Source: an uncultured bacterium (GTDB lineage: Bacteria; Hydrogenedentota; CAZGCA01). From it: a stretch of 64,000 nt of DNA. Shown here piece after piece: positions 45,832 to 55,589 of this stretch (its first letter is position 1; every line of letters begins with the position of its first letter). A program made the translations under genes and the position numbers. The stretch is taken from the NCBI GenBank assembly GCA_964524145.1, contig CAZGCA010000018.1:7087-71086 (forward strand), written 5' to 3'. Below the pieces are notes generated by a model, which ran no database searches, was not told where the DNA came from, and worked only from the letters and a program-made list of their open reading frames with translations.

Positions 45832-48800
45832 CTAGCTTACGATGCCCAACGCGGCATTGATGACAAGCTGGACGTCGATGGCGTTGATCTGGCCGTCGCC
45901 GTTGACGTCGCAGTCGAAACCGGTGGAATTGCCCAGGGCCTCGTTGATGTCCAGTTGCACGTCTATCGCGTTGACTGCTCCATCACCATTGACGTCGCTG
46001 GGGTCGGTCTCGATCGGTATCAGCGCGAAGTTCGCTTCCACCACGCTCCCTGCGGACACGTCGGCGTCTTCCTCGTCAGCCTCGTATCCTGCAGCGGAGA
46101 CTTCGACTGTGTGTGAGCCTTCCGGGACGTTGACAACCGCGTAATTGCCCCGAGGTGATGAGGTTCCTGTTCCCGGGCCGGGCGTCACCGTAAGGTCTGC
46201 GCCGCCAATAGGAATTCCTGTCTCCGCATCGGTTACCAGGCCTGTCATGGCGCCGGGCAGTGCAGGGTTGCGGAAATCGGTCGTGAACGTGCGAACGTCG
46301 TTGTTTTCAGGAGCGGCCCCGAACTCGTCCACGGGAATGACGCGCCAGTAGTAGGTTTCCCCATCGATGATGCCGTCCGCCTCGCTTACCACCGCCACGG
46401 TGCCTGTAAGTCCGCCTCTGACTATCAGCCCGGTTGTGAACTCGCGGTCTGTTGCAAGCTCGAGTCGATAGGTGACCGTGTGGCCGTCCGGGTCGGTCGT
46501 TTCCTCCCAGACAAAGAAGGTCGTGCTCGCTGCCGGCATGTCGTCGTCAGGGTAGACCAGCGTTACCGGCTCTGGCGGCTGGTTGTCGGAGGCCGCGCGG
46601 TAGACTGTTGTCACCATGTGCGTACTGGTATCGCCGGTAGTGCCGTCCTCGACGTAATAGAAGACCTTGTAAGTACCGGGAGCATCGAAGGTCGTGCCGA
46701 ACTCCGACCAGCGGAACTCACCGGTTTCCAGATCGGAGATATCCGGCTCGTAATCGAACCTTGGCATCTCGACAACCTCTTGAGAATCGGGGTTGGACGC
46801 GTCGATAACTGTGGAACCGGCGTAGCCCGGTGTCTTGACTTCCATCCACGCAAAATGACCCGTCGCAGGCCTCTGGTCGGCCAGCGCGAACAGCTCACCA
46901 AGAGGTTCTCCGTGTCCTGCCACGACCGTCTGCGTCGCGGTAAGCCACCCCACAGGATCTGCCGCATTTACACCGTACCCCAGCCTCAGCTCGTGCGCAT
47001 GTCCGCCATCCCATCTCGGGTTGTAGGACAACGACCCGGTCGTGCCCAGACCGTCGCCGTTGTCATCGAGCAGCGGGTGCTGCGGATAGTCGGAGAATCC
47101 CGCGTTGCTTCTCGTTGCGGTGTATTCACCGGTCTTCTCGCATGCCCGCTCGAACGATTCCTTGAGCGTCTTCCCTGTGCGGGCGTTGCGAAAGAGTTCC
47201 GTGACGAACACCTCGCCGTCGCGTATCCCGTCGTTCGGATCTGCAACCCCACGATGCGATACCTCGTCCGCGGAACAGCTCGTGATGATGGTGCGCTGGT
47301 CGCCCGACAACGCCGGAATGAAGCTGCCCGAATGGCACCCGCCGTAGATGAACACGATCGGGCCCGACCCGAGCGTGTCGAAGTACCCGGCAAGCTCCCC
47401 AGGCTCGATAGAGCGGGTCTCGTCGTAGGAACCGGAATAGACGTAGAAGGCGTTCTCGCTGCCGTGGTCAACGAAGACGACGTAGAGCGGCGCGGGAGAC
47501 CTGTTCATCTTAGCCAGCGCCCACTCTTCTATGGCATACCTTACATCGTCTTTGCTCGGCCTCGTGTCGGCAACGAAGATGTCCGGTGCAGGTTGTGCCA
47601 ACCCTTCGCGCAGGTAGTAGATGTCCTCGTGCGCGAACCCGCGCTGCCGCAACGAGCGATAGACGTAGTCCGTCGTCTTGGCGTGCTCGGCATGCCCTTC
47701 CCCCGCGTCGTCGAGCTTGCCGAGCGCGATAACGGCGTAGCCCGCGCGGTCTTTGATCGTCAGCCGTACCGACTCCGGCTTATCGTACCCGACCGAGGTG
47801 GTTGGTCTGAAGTTGTCGTCGCCTTCGAAGTCAGCCTGGAACTGCCATGTGCCCGGCTCATCGAAGATGATGCCCGCATCGGCGAACGCCTTGGGACTGA
47901 ACACGGCGACGCCGTCGGTGTTTGTCGTTGCCTCAACGGGTCCCGCGGCGGTATCGTCGGGCTTCTTCATCCATAGCCTCACCGTCTGCTCTGACAACAG
48001 GCCTGCAAGGACGTCCGGTAAGGGAGCGGTGAGCGATGCCGTCGCCTCGAGGTCGTTGTGGAAGAGAGGTGCCGACGATGCCGAGATCTCGACCAATAGC
48101 GTCGTAGGTGCCCTTGCCACCCCAAACGTCACCGGCTCGCTCGTTGCTGCTCTGTACGTGTCATCGCCCGGCCAGGAGGCTGTCACCTCCCAAGGGTCTC
48201 TCTCTTCCGACGCTTCTATAGGGTAGAACGTGCGGCTGTAACTGTTGACGAAGTGGGGAACGACCACTCCCTCGGGGAAATTCGGAAGCTCGATGCCCGA
48301 AGGCAGCCGACTGCTGAACCCGGCGAACGTCCCTGTCCCCTCCATCTCCGCGATGGTTCCTGATACCGTTATCAGCTTGCCAAGCTGCACTATCGGCGGC
48401 TCAACAACACAGGTGATGGTCGACGAAGCCTGGCCCATCGCAATTATGACGCACTCCTCTGAAACCGCCTCGGTTCCGTCAGCCTCGCCGTCGCTGGGAG
48501 TGACGGCGCAATACCACTCGTCGCCCAGATCCGTGAAATACGCATCGACCATCGTGTAGCGCTCATGATCGTCAGTAAACTCGAAGAGGCTGAAGCCTGT
48601 TTCGCCCGCTCGTTTCACATACCAGTCATACCTATAGGTGACAGCGTCGCCATCGTCGTCGGGACCGCGCCTCATAACGAGGCACGCAAGATCGGTCTCG
48701 GTGTTTTGGAATGTCCGGAAAGACAACCCGGGCGTTCGAGGCGGCGTGTTGACAATCGTGGTCGAGTCCGACGCCGGAGAGGAGTACGCGACGCCGTCCC

Positions 48801-50979
48801 AGCAGTGCACGGTACAGGTCCAGGTTTCGTGCCTGGTGGTGAGGGAGGCGTCGAGCCTGTCTCTCGCGTACCGTTTCGGGCCGTGCACAATAGTCTCGGC
48901 GCCGTTGGACCAGGAATACTCGTACCACGCGGCGTGTCCTCCGGTCACCACGCTTTCAGTCGTCACCTCACACACAAGATCGTCGGTCGTCACCGGGCTG
49001 TCGGCGGTCATGTCTGGGATAACGTCCACGACAGGCGTTGTTGGAACGCTGATCTCGGGGTTGTCTGGGTTTGTTCTATAGATGTATTCCTCCGCATTGG
49101 TCATGCCGTCGCCGTCTGGGTCCTCGTCGGCATCATCCACCAATGGGTCAAGTCCATTTGCCGTCTCCCACCCGTCAGGCATGCCATCGTCGTCGGTGTC
49201 TCTGTCGTTCGGGTCGGTCCCGAGATCGTCCTCCGCCGTATCCGAAAGTCCGTCCCCATCGGAGTCTCCGAAGACGTCAGCCATGAGCGTATACGACCCG
49301 ATGATGGACGAGTAACAGCTCACCTGGACAAAATATGTTCCGGCGTCCGTCACAGGAAGCTCGATGAAAAGGTGCTGATCGTATTCCTGGCTGAAACCGT
49401 CATTTGCGGTCGTTGTGGGGACCGATCCGTGCCGAATCATGAGCTGGCTGTGCCAGCTATCGAGCTTGTCCAGATACACGAGCAAATGTTCGCCGGCAGG
49501 CACGTCGAACCGATACCAATGAAGGTCGGTGTCATGTGCCAACGGCGCATCGACCTGCTCACCGAGAATCAGCGGTTGGGCCATCTGGTTGAGCGTACCT
49601 GCCAGAAGCGTGTACGCTCCTACGGTGCTCGAGTAGCAACGCACTTCGATGTAATACGTTCCCGCCTCCGTCACAGGAATCTCGACATAGTGATCCCGAA
49701 CTGATTCCTTACTCGAAGCGTCATTTGCGGACGTTGTCGGCACTAATCCGTGCCGAATCATGAGCTGGCTGAACCAATCCTGGGACCGGTCCAGGTGGAC
49801 GATCAGATGTTCCCCTGCGGATACGTCGAGGCGATACCAATGAAGGTCGCTGGCATCGAGCATCTCCGTTTCGACCGGCTCACCAAGAGTCAGCGGTTGT
49901 GCCATTTGGTCAAGCGTTCCCGCCAGAACTGTGTACGGTCCCAGAGTGCTCGAGTAACAGCTCACTTCGACGCAATACGTCCCGGCCTCCGTCACGGGAA
50001 TCTCAACATAGTGATCCCGAACGGATTCGTAACTCGAACCGTCATTTGCTGACGTTGTCGGCACTAATCCGTGCCGAATCATAAGCCTGCTGTACCAACT
50101 GCCGCCCGAGTCCAGGTACACGATCAGGTGCTCACCGGCGGGAACGTCGATCCGGTACCAGTGAAGTTCGCCGTTGTGTTGCATCTCGCCCGCGAGCGGC
50201 TCACCCAGAGTCAACGGCCGGGCCATTTGGTCGAGCGTGCCCGCCGTGAGTGTGTACGGTCCCGCAAGGCTCGCGCAACAGGCCACTTCGATGTAATACG
50301 ATCCCGCGTCCGTCACGGGAATCTCCACATAGTGATTTCGATAAGACGAGCTGCTTATGTTGTCATATGCGATACTTGTTGGAAGCGCTCCATGCCTGAT
50401 CTTAAGCTGGCTGCACCAGTCGTCGGGCCTGTCCACATAGACGATCAAGTGCTCCCCGGCAGGCACATCGACGCGGTACCAATGAATGTCGCTCAGATGC
50501 TCGATCTCGGTCTCGACCGGTTGTCCCAGAGTCAACGGCTGGGCCATCTGGTCGAGCGTGCCCGCTACAAGCGTGTACGATCCTATATCACTCAGGTAAC
50601 AGCTTACTTCGATGTAATAGACTCCCGCGTCCGTCACGGGAATCTCGACATAGTGATCCTTGTCATATGCTTGATTCCAACTGTCGTATTCCGAGGTTGT
50701 CGGAATCGCTCCGTAACGAACCTTGAGCCGGCTGTGCCAGCTATCGGGCTTGTCCAGGAACACGATCAGGTCTTGCCCGGCGGACGCCTCGACTTGATAC
50801 CAGTGAAGGTCGCTCGCGTTCTCCATCTCCGCGTCAACGGGAACGTTGAGAGCAAGAGGAGTTACCGTCTGTGCGAGACTGTATGGCACGACCAGCCAGG
50901 AGGTGAGAAGCGTCAGGAGAATCACGCATCGAGGCGATCTGTAGAACCCCACGTCCGAATTCAAAGCGTTAACGCTCAT
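45832..50979 (-). CDS. Secreted peptidase C13 (clan CD) protein: 5x PPC-like repeats, Ca-binding repeats, C13, FnIII, CarboxypepD_reg, C-terminal dockerin
   Basis: Signal peptide; LYVVFVDHG and IYGGCHSGSF; C-terminal part colinear with the 8056-16752 product; DVNGDGAVNAIDVQL..DVNGDGQINAIDVQLVINAALG. Confidence 0.88.
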   Translation of the reverse strand: MSVNALNSDVGFYRSPRCVILLTLLTSWLVVPYSLAQTVTPLALNVPVDAEMENASDLHWYQVEASAGQDLIVFLDKPDSWHSRLKVRYGAIPTTSEYDSWNQAYDKDHYVEIPVTDAGVYYIEVSCYLSDIGSYTLVAGTLDQMAQPLTLGQPVETEIEHLSDIHWYRVDVPAGEHLIVYVDRPDDWCSQLKIRHGALPTSIAYDNISSSSYRNHYVEIPVTDAGSYYIEVACCASLAGPYTLTAGTLDQMARPLTLGEPLAGEMQHNGELHWYRIDVPAGEHLIVYLDSGGSWYSRLMIRHGLVPTTSANDGSSYESVRDHYVEIPVTEAGTYCVEVSCYSSTLGPYTVLAGTLDQMAQPLTLGEPVETEMLDASDLHWYRLDVSAGEHLIVHLDRSQDWFSQLMIRHGLVPTTSANDASSKESVRDHYVEIPVTEAGTYYIEVRCYSSTVGAYTLLAGTLNQMAQPLILGEQVDAPLAHDTDLHWYRFDVPAGEHLLVYLDKLDSWHSQLMIRHGSVPTTTANDGFSQEYDQHLFIELPVTDAGTYFVQVSCYSSIIGSYTLMADVFGDSDGDGLSDTAEDDLGTDPNDRDTDDDGMPDGWETANGLDPLVDDADEDPDGDGMTNAEEYIYRTNPDNPEISVPTTPVVDVIPDMTADSPVTTDDLVCEVTTESVVTGGHAAWYEYSWSNGAETIVHGPKRYARDRLDASLTTRHETWTCTVHCWDGVAYSSPASDSTTIVNTPPRTPGLSFRTFQNTETDLACLVMRRGPDDDGDAVTYRYDWYVKRAGETGFSLFEFTDDHERYTMVDAYFTDLGDEWYCAVTPSDGEADGTEAVSEECVIIAMGQASSTITCVVEPPIVQLGKLITVSGTIAEMEGTGTFAGFSSRLPSGIELPNFPEGVVVPHFVNSYSRTFYPIEASEERDPWEVTASWPGDDTYRAATSEPVTFGVARAPTTLLVEISASSAPLFHNDLEATASLTAPLPDVLAGLLSEQTVRLWMKKPDDTAAGPVEATTNTDGVAVFSPKAFADAGIIFDEPGTWQFQADFEGDDNFRPTTSVGYDKPESVRLTIKDRAGYAVIALGKLDDAGEGHAEHAKTTDYVYRSLRQRGFAHEDIYYLREGLAQPAPDIFVADTRPSKDDVRYAIEEWALAKMNRSPAPLYVVFVDHGSENAFYVYSGSYDETRSIEPGELAGYFDTLGSGPIVFIYGGCHSGSFIPALSGDQRTIITSCSADEVSHRGVADPNDGIRDGEVFVTELFRNARTGKTLKESFERACEKTGEYTATRSNAGFSDYPQHPLLDDNGDGLGTTGSLSYNPRWDGGHAHELRLGYGVNAADPVGWLTATQTVVAGHGEPLGELFALADQRPATGHFAWMEVKTPGYAGSTVIDASNPDSQEVVEMPRFDYEPDISDLETGEFRWSEFGTTFDAPGTYKVFYYVEDGTTGDTSTHMVTTVYRAASDNQPPEPVTLVYPDDDMPAASTTFFVWEETTDPDGHTVTYRLELATDREFTTGLIVRGGLTGTVAVVSEADGIIDGETYYWRVIPVDEFGAAPENNDVRTFTTDFRNPALPGAMTGLVTDAETGIPIGGADLTVTPGPGTGTSSPRGNYAVVNVPEGSHTVEVSAAGYEADEEDADVSAGSVVEANFALIPIETDPSDVNGDGAVNAIDVQLDINEALGNSTGFDCDVNGDGQINAIDVQLVINAALGIVS
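49265..50868 (-). repeat. Five tandem ~107-aa (321-bp) PPC-like domains
   Basis: Unit PL.LG.PV..E.....LHWY..DV.AGEHL.V.LD....W.S.L.IRHG..PT....D....HYVEIPVT.AG.Y.EV.C......YT..AGTLDQMA. Confidence 0.9.
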
Positions 50980-51232
50980 TCCTCAAACCAAGACCAGTCG
51001 ATTCGGAAGCAGCTCGGACAACTCGAGCAAGCGACCGGAAGGAAGCCTCCGCATGCTTTCACTGAACCGGTCATCCTTTGCTCCAATGCCAAGAACGTGA
51101 CAACGTTCTCAAAGAAGTACAATGCGCAAGGATCGATGAATCAATCCGGAAGTACAATGTCTTCTTCGGCATTACCTCCAACCAACTTGAGCGGTCCACT
51201 GTGCAAGACAGTTGATCGTTTCGCGGCCTGGT

Positions 51233-51261
51233 TTGACAGGCTTCGATGTTTATGCTAGCAT
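51233..51261 (+). promoter_or_regulatory. sigma70 promoter for the oxidoreductase operon
   Basis: TTGACA-N17-TAGCAT with TG extension. Confidence 0.65.
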
Positions 51262-51307
51262 GCAGTCGTAAGTGAAACGGTGTTATGGTATTCGAAAGGG
51301 GGCAGAG

Positions 51308-52552
51308 ATGGCGAAAAACAACGGATCAACTCGGCGTGAGTTTCTGAAGAGGACAGGCGGCAAGGCGGCATCCCTTGGGCTCGCGGCAGGTTATGCGACC
51401 GTTCACGCCGCGAAACCCGTGACGGCGGCCTCGGCACGCCGGGTGATCGGTGCAAATGACCGGGTCCGTATCGGCGTGATAGGGACCGGCGGTCGCGGGG
51501 GCTGGTTCATCAAAGAAGCCAGGAAGCAGGGTGCGGATGTCGTGGCGGTCTGCGATGTGTGCACAATCCGGCTCAATCAAGGGAAACGTCTTGCAGGCGG
51601 GGAGCCGTTCGCCACGGACGAGTACCTCCGGCTGCTTGACCGGAACGACATTGACGGCGTAAACATATCGACGCCGGACCACTGGCACCACAACATGTTG
51701 CTCGACGCGGTGAAAGCGGGTAAGGACGTCTACATCGAGAAGCCGCTCTCGAAAACCATCGAAGAAGGCAAGAGTATGGTGAAAGCCGTTCGCGCGACCG
51801 ACTGCATCGTTCAGGTCGGCAACCACCGGCGCAGCGGGGACCACTGGCTCCGGGCGAAAGAGGTCATTGAGTCGGGCAAGCTCGGCAAGATAACGTGGGT
51901 CCGCGTCTTCGACACGCGCAACTGGAGCAAGAACGATCCGTTCGGTTCGACGGAAGACATTCGCGACAAGGTCGACTGGAAGAAGTTTATCGGTCCGGCG
52001 CCGTGGCACGAATTCGACGCCCACCGCTACTTTGCGTGGCGGTGGTACTGGGATTACGCAGGCGGGTTGATGACGGACATAGGCGCGCACCAGCTCGACG
52101 TCGTCCAGTGGCTGATGGGCAGGGACGGCCCGAAACGCGTTGCGGCAAACGGCGGCAACTACTTTTTCGATTACTGGGAAACGCCGGACGTGGTCCATTC
52201 GGTGTTGGATTACGACGATTTTTGCGCCGTTTTTTCTGTCGGGTTCCTGAACGACCAAGGCAGGGTAGGGGGTGAGTTCTACGGTACGGACGCTACGCTG
52301 GTGGTCGCCGACAAGTTCAGCGTTTACCCGCAAGGAGGCAGGAGACCGAGGGAAGCCCTCGAAGAATGGCCGAACAAGTACGAAGGCCCCGCGCACGTTG
52401 CAAACTTTCTCGACTGCATCCGCACTCGCAAGGAGCCCAACTCGCCTATTGAAACAGGCCATCGTGTTATCACTGCAGCACACCTGGGCAACATCTCTTA
52501 CAGGAGCGGCAAGCGGGTAGGCTGGGATGCTGCGGCCGAGAGGATGCTGTAG
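51308..52552 (+). CDS. Tat-exported Gfo/Idh/MocA family oxidoreductase
   Basis: TRREFLK Tat motif; IGVIGTGGRG; ISTPDHWH; KDVYIEKPLS; GGLMTDIGAHQLD. Confidence 0.95.
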   Translation: MAKNNGSTRREFLKRTGGKAASLGLAAGYATVHAAKPVTAASARRVIGANDRVRIGVIGTGGRGGWFIKEARKQGADVVAVCDVCTIRLNQGKRLAGGEPFATDEYLRLLDRNDIDGVNISTPDHWHHNMLLDAVKAGKDVYIEKPLSKTIEEGKSMVKAVRATDCIVQVGNHRRSGDHWLRAKEVIESGKLGKITWVRVFDTRNWSKNDPFGSTEDIRDKVDWKKFIGPAPWHEFDAHRYFAWRWYWDYAGGLMTDIGAHQLDVVQWLMGRDGPKRVAANGGNYFFDYWETPDVVHSVLDYDDFCAVFSVGFLNDQGRVGGEFYGTDATLVVADKFSVYPQGGRRPREALEEWPNKYEGPAHVANFLDCIRTRKEPNSPIETGHRVITAAHLGNISYRSGKRVGWDAAAERML

Positions 52553-52924
52553 GTGACGTCGTCCGGCCGGGCATCACACAAGACGTCCAACGACGCACAA
52601 GAGAGTAGTCGTGGAGCGGCCGAGGATATAGTTGCGCCGGGGCGGGCGTTGACTCAGGCTGCCGTCGTCGTGAAGAGCCTGCGGTGCAAGGGGTGCGGCC
52701 TGTGCGTTGAGGCGTGCGCGGCGGGCGGACTAGAGATGGGCTCCGAACAAAACCCCCGCGGATACGTCTATCCTGTTAGAGTTGTCGAGGCGGTGTGTAC
52801 CGGTTGCGGCAACTGTTACGAGGTGTGCCCTGACTGTGCAATAATCGTGTACAGGAAGGGATACGTGCCGGAAACCGCCGAAGAGGTCGAAGAGATTAGG
52901 ACCGGGCTGAGCGGCGAAGGCTGA
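52553..52924 (+). CDS. 2x[4Fe-4S] ferredoxin, delta subunit of 2-oxoacid:ferredoxin oxidoreductase
   Basis: CKGCGLCVEAC and CTGCGNCYEVCPD; start uncertain. Confidence 0.88.
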   Translation: MTSSGRASHKTSNDAQESSRGAAEDIVAPGRALTQAAVVVKSLRCKGCGLCVEACAAGGLEMGSEQNPRGYVYPVRVVEAVCTGCGNCYEVCPDCAIIVYRKGYVPETAEEVEEIRTGLSGEG

Positions 52925-52944
52925 GCTGGACGACAAGGACTGAG

Positions 52945-54069
52945 ATGGAGTACGCACCGCATCTTGAGCTTGAACTGACCGAGCACCGGTGCCTGCTGAA
53001 AGGGAACGAGGCAGCCGCGCTGGGCGCCATCCAGGCGGAGTGCAAGTACTTCGCCGGGTACCCCATAACGCCCGTTAACGAGGTAACGGAGTATCTCGCG
53101 GCACATTTCGAGAAAGTCGGCGGCAGGTTCCTGCAGGGGAGCAGTGAGCTCGAATCAATCAACGCGGCGATAGGCGCTGCCGCGACGGGTGTGCGGACAC
53201 TCGTGGCCTCCTCGGGACTCGGCACCTCCTTGAAGACGGAGGGTTTCACGTACGCAGTCGGCGAGGAAGTGCCGCTCGTCTATCTCTGCGTGATGCGAGG
53301 CGGGCCGGGCCTCGGCAACATATTCCCCGCGCAGGCGGATTACGGCCAGATAACCCGTGGTATGGGCAGCGGGGATTCGCGCGTCATATCGCTGCTGCCA
53401 CAGAGCCCGCAGGAGATGTACGAGTTCACCATGTTTGCGTTTGCGCTTGCAGACGCGTACCGCACGCCGGTGGTGGTTGTTGTGGACGCGTTGATCGGCC
53501 AGATGCAGGGGCTCATCAGCATCAAGCTGCCGCGGTTCGCCGAGTGCGACAAGTCGTGGGCGGTGACGGGCAGGCTCGGCAGCGGAAGCAAGATCATAAC
53601 CTCGTTCAACCTGACCGAGGGGCTTTCCGAGACGAACAAGGTTCTCATGGAGAAATGGTCGCGCATAATGGAACGCGAGCCGCGCTTCGATACCTACAAT
53701 ATGGACGGTGCGGAAGTCGTTCTCGTCGCGTTTGGCACGGCGGCGGCCCAGGCATGCAGTGCGGCAGACGTTCTTGCGGACCGCGGCGTGCGTGCGGGCC
53801 TGTTTGAACCGAAGACAGGGTGGCCGTTCCCTGCAAAAGGACTTCGGGAGACGGTGCGCTCGGCCGAGCCGCGCGCACTATGTGTTGTCGAGATGAGTAT
53901 TCTGGGACAGGTCGAGGAGGATGTCCGGCTCGCACTGAGCCTGGACGGTGGAGCCCCGCTTTCGCACGTTCCGGTTTTCGCGGTTCGCACGAGCGGCGGC
54001 GTGGTCCCGACGATAGACGAGATAGTCGCAGAAGTGAGCTCAGTGGTCGCAGGGTTGGATAAAGAATGA
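52945..54069 (+). CDS. vorB: 2-oxoacid:ferredoxin oxidoreductase alpha subunit (VorB type)
   Basis: LKGNEAAALGAI..FAGYPITP..SELESIN..ASSGLG..MRGGPGLGNI. Confidence 0.88.
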   Translation: MEYAPHLELELTEHRCLLKGNEAAALGAIQAECKYFAGYPITPVNEVTEYLAAHFEKVGGRFLQGSSELESINAAIGAAATGVRTLVASSGLGTSLKTEGFTYAVGEEVPLVYLCVMRGGPGLGNIFPAQADYGQITRGMGSGDSRVISLLPQSPQEMYEFTMFAFALADAYRTPVVVVVDALIGQMQGLISIKLPRFAECDKSWAVTGRLGSGSKIITSFNLTEGLSETNKVLMEKWSRIMEREPRFDTYNMDGAEVVLVAFGTAAAQACSAADVLADRGVRAGLFEPKTGWPFPAKGLRETVRSAEPRALCVVEMSILGQVEEDVRLALSLDGGAPLSHVPVFAVRTSGGVVPTIDEIVAEVSSVVAGLDKE

Positions 54070-55478
54070 TGGCAAAGAAGCTCAAGCTTGACCGGCCAAC
54101 CCTTCTGACGGACTACCAGACAATATACTGTAGCGGGTGTGGTCACGGCACCGTCGAACGGATAATCGCGGACTCGCTCGAAAGCCTCAATGTCGAGAAG
54201 GCCATAGGCGTTTCGTCGATAGGGTGCAGCGTCGTCTCGTACTTCAGCTATGCCGTTGATTTTGTTGGCGCGCCGCACGGTCGAGCGCCGGCGGCCATGA
54301 CCGGCATCAAGATGACGCACCCGGACGCGGTGGTGTTCGGGGTGCAGGGCGACGGGGACGCGATGTCGATAGGTCTTGCCGAGACGCTCTACGCGGCCAA
54401 CCGCGGCATCGGTATGACGGTCATCGTTTACAACAACGCGGTCTACGGGATGACCGGCGGGCAGTGCTCGCCGACGACTCCGCTGGGCGTCGAGACGACG
54501 ACGACACCGGACGGTCGAGACGCGTTCCGCACCGGGACGCCGATCCGCCTCGTCGAGTTGCTCGATCAGTTCGAGGCGCCGATGTTCCTGGCGCGTACTG
54601 CGGCGACCGACGCCAAACATATCAGGGAGACTGCTCGGGCGATACGCCGCGCGTTCGAGATACAGGTAGAGTACGGAGGGTACGGGTTGGTGGAGGTAAT
54701 CGGGACGTGCCCGGTAAGCTGGCACATGACGCCGTCGCAGGCGCGGCGGTACGTGAGCGAAGAGCTCGTGAAAGAGTTCCCGCTCGGCATTGTGCGCGAC
54801 CTGCCCGAGCAAGAGCCGGATACAAAGCCGAGGCACGCGGCGCCGCTCGAGTGGCCCGACCAACACGAGATGCTCCGGCGGCTCGGGCTCTCGGAGGCGA
54901 TAGAGTCGGGGCAGCGAATCGATCCGGACGTCCACTGCGAGATGATCTTCGCCGGTGCAGGCGGGCAGGGCATCCAGAAACTCGGCTCGATCGTCGCAGA
55001 AACAGCGGTGATATCGGGGTATGCGGACGTCGTCTCGATAAGCAGCTACGGGCCGGAAGCACGGGGCGGCAGAACAAACAACCGGGTCGTCATCACCGGC
55101 CGGAACCGTTCGGTGAAAGCACGCGTTTTTGACGAGGCGGATATCGCCGTCATAATGAACGCGCCGTCAATGGAGGCCTTCGGACCGAAAGTCAGGCCGG
55201 GAGGGTTGCTGCTTTATGACAGCTCGACGGTCGCCGAGAACTGTGCAGCCGACGGGGTAAGATCTGTCGGCGTTCCCGCCACGAGTAGTGCGGTCTCGGA
55301 ACTGAAAAGCGCCAAGTTCGCGAATTCCGTTATGCTCGGTGCGCTCGTTGCTTCCACGAACTTCGAGCTTCTCACGCGAGAAGCCGCGCTTAATGCTCTG
55401 CGACGCGTCTTCGGTAACAAGGCCGCCGCCAACGAGACCGCCATAGACCTTGGGATCAGACTGGTCGAGCAGGCCTGA
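54066..55478 (+). CDS. 2-oxoacid:ferredoxin oxidoreductase fused beta-gamma subunit
   Basis: YCSGCGHG; TPP motif QGDGDAMSIG..NNAVYGMTGGQ; gamma part AGAGGQGIQ..SYGPEARGG..NSVMLGAL. Confidence 0.92.
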   Translation: MMAKKLKLDRPTLLTDYQTIYCSGCGHGTVERIIADSLESLNVEKAIGVSSIGCSVVSYFSYAVDFVGAPHGRAPAAMTGIKMTHPDAVVFGVQGDGDAMSIGLAETLYAANRGIGMTVIVYNNAVYGMTGGQCSPTTPLGVETTTTPDGRDAFRTGTPIRLVELLDQFEAPMFLARTAATDAKHIRETARAIRRAFEIQVEYGGYGLVEVIGTCPVSWHMTPSQARRYVSEELVKEFPLGIVRDLPEQEPDTKPRHAAPLEWPDQHEMLRRLGLSEAIESGQRIDPDVHCEMIFAGAGGQGIQKLGSIVAETAVISGYADVVSISSYGPEARGGRTNNRVVITGRNRSVKARVFDEADIAVIMNAPSMEAFGPKVRPGGLLLYDSSTVAENCAADGVRSVGVPATSSAVSELKSAKFANSVMLGALVASTNFELLTREAALNALRRVFGNKAAANETAIDLGIRLVEQA

Positions 55479-55589
55479 ATCCTTGCTTGGCTGGCTATCT
55501 GCCCAAGTCCGAGGCAGGTGCGGTATAATGAAGCCGCTGCATAAACCGCTCTTCTATATACCAGTATGAGACCTTGCAGAAAGGACTGA

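Noticed and set aside
54066-55478. Beta-gamma subunit fusion as a novelty
   Set aside because: This fusion with separate alpha and delta subunits is a known arrangement of ketoisovalerate-type oxidoreductases.
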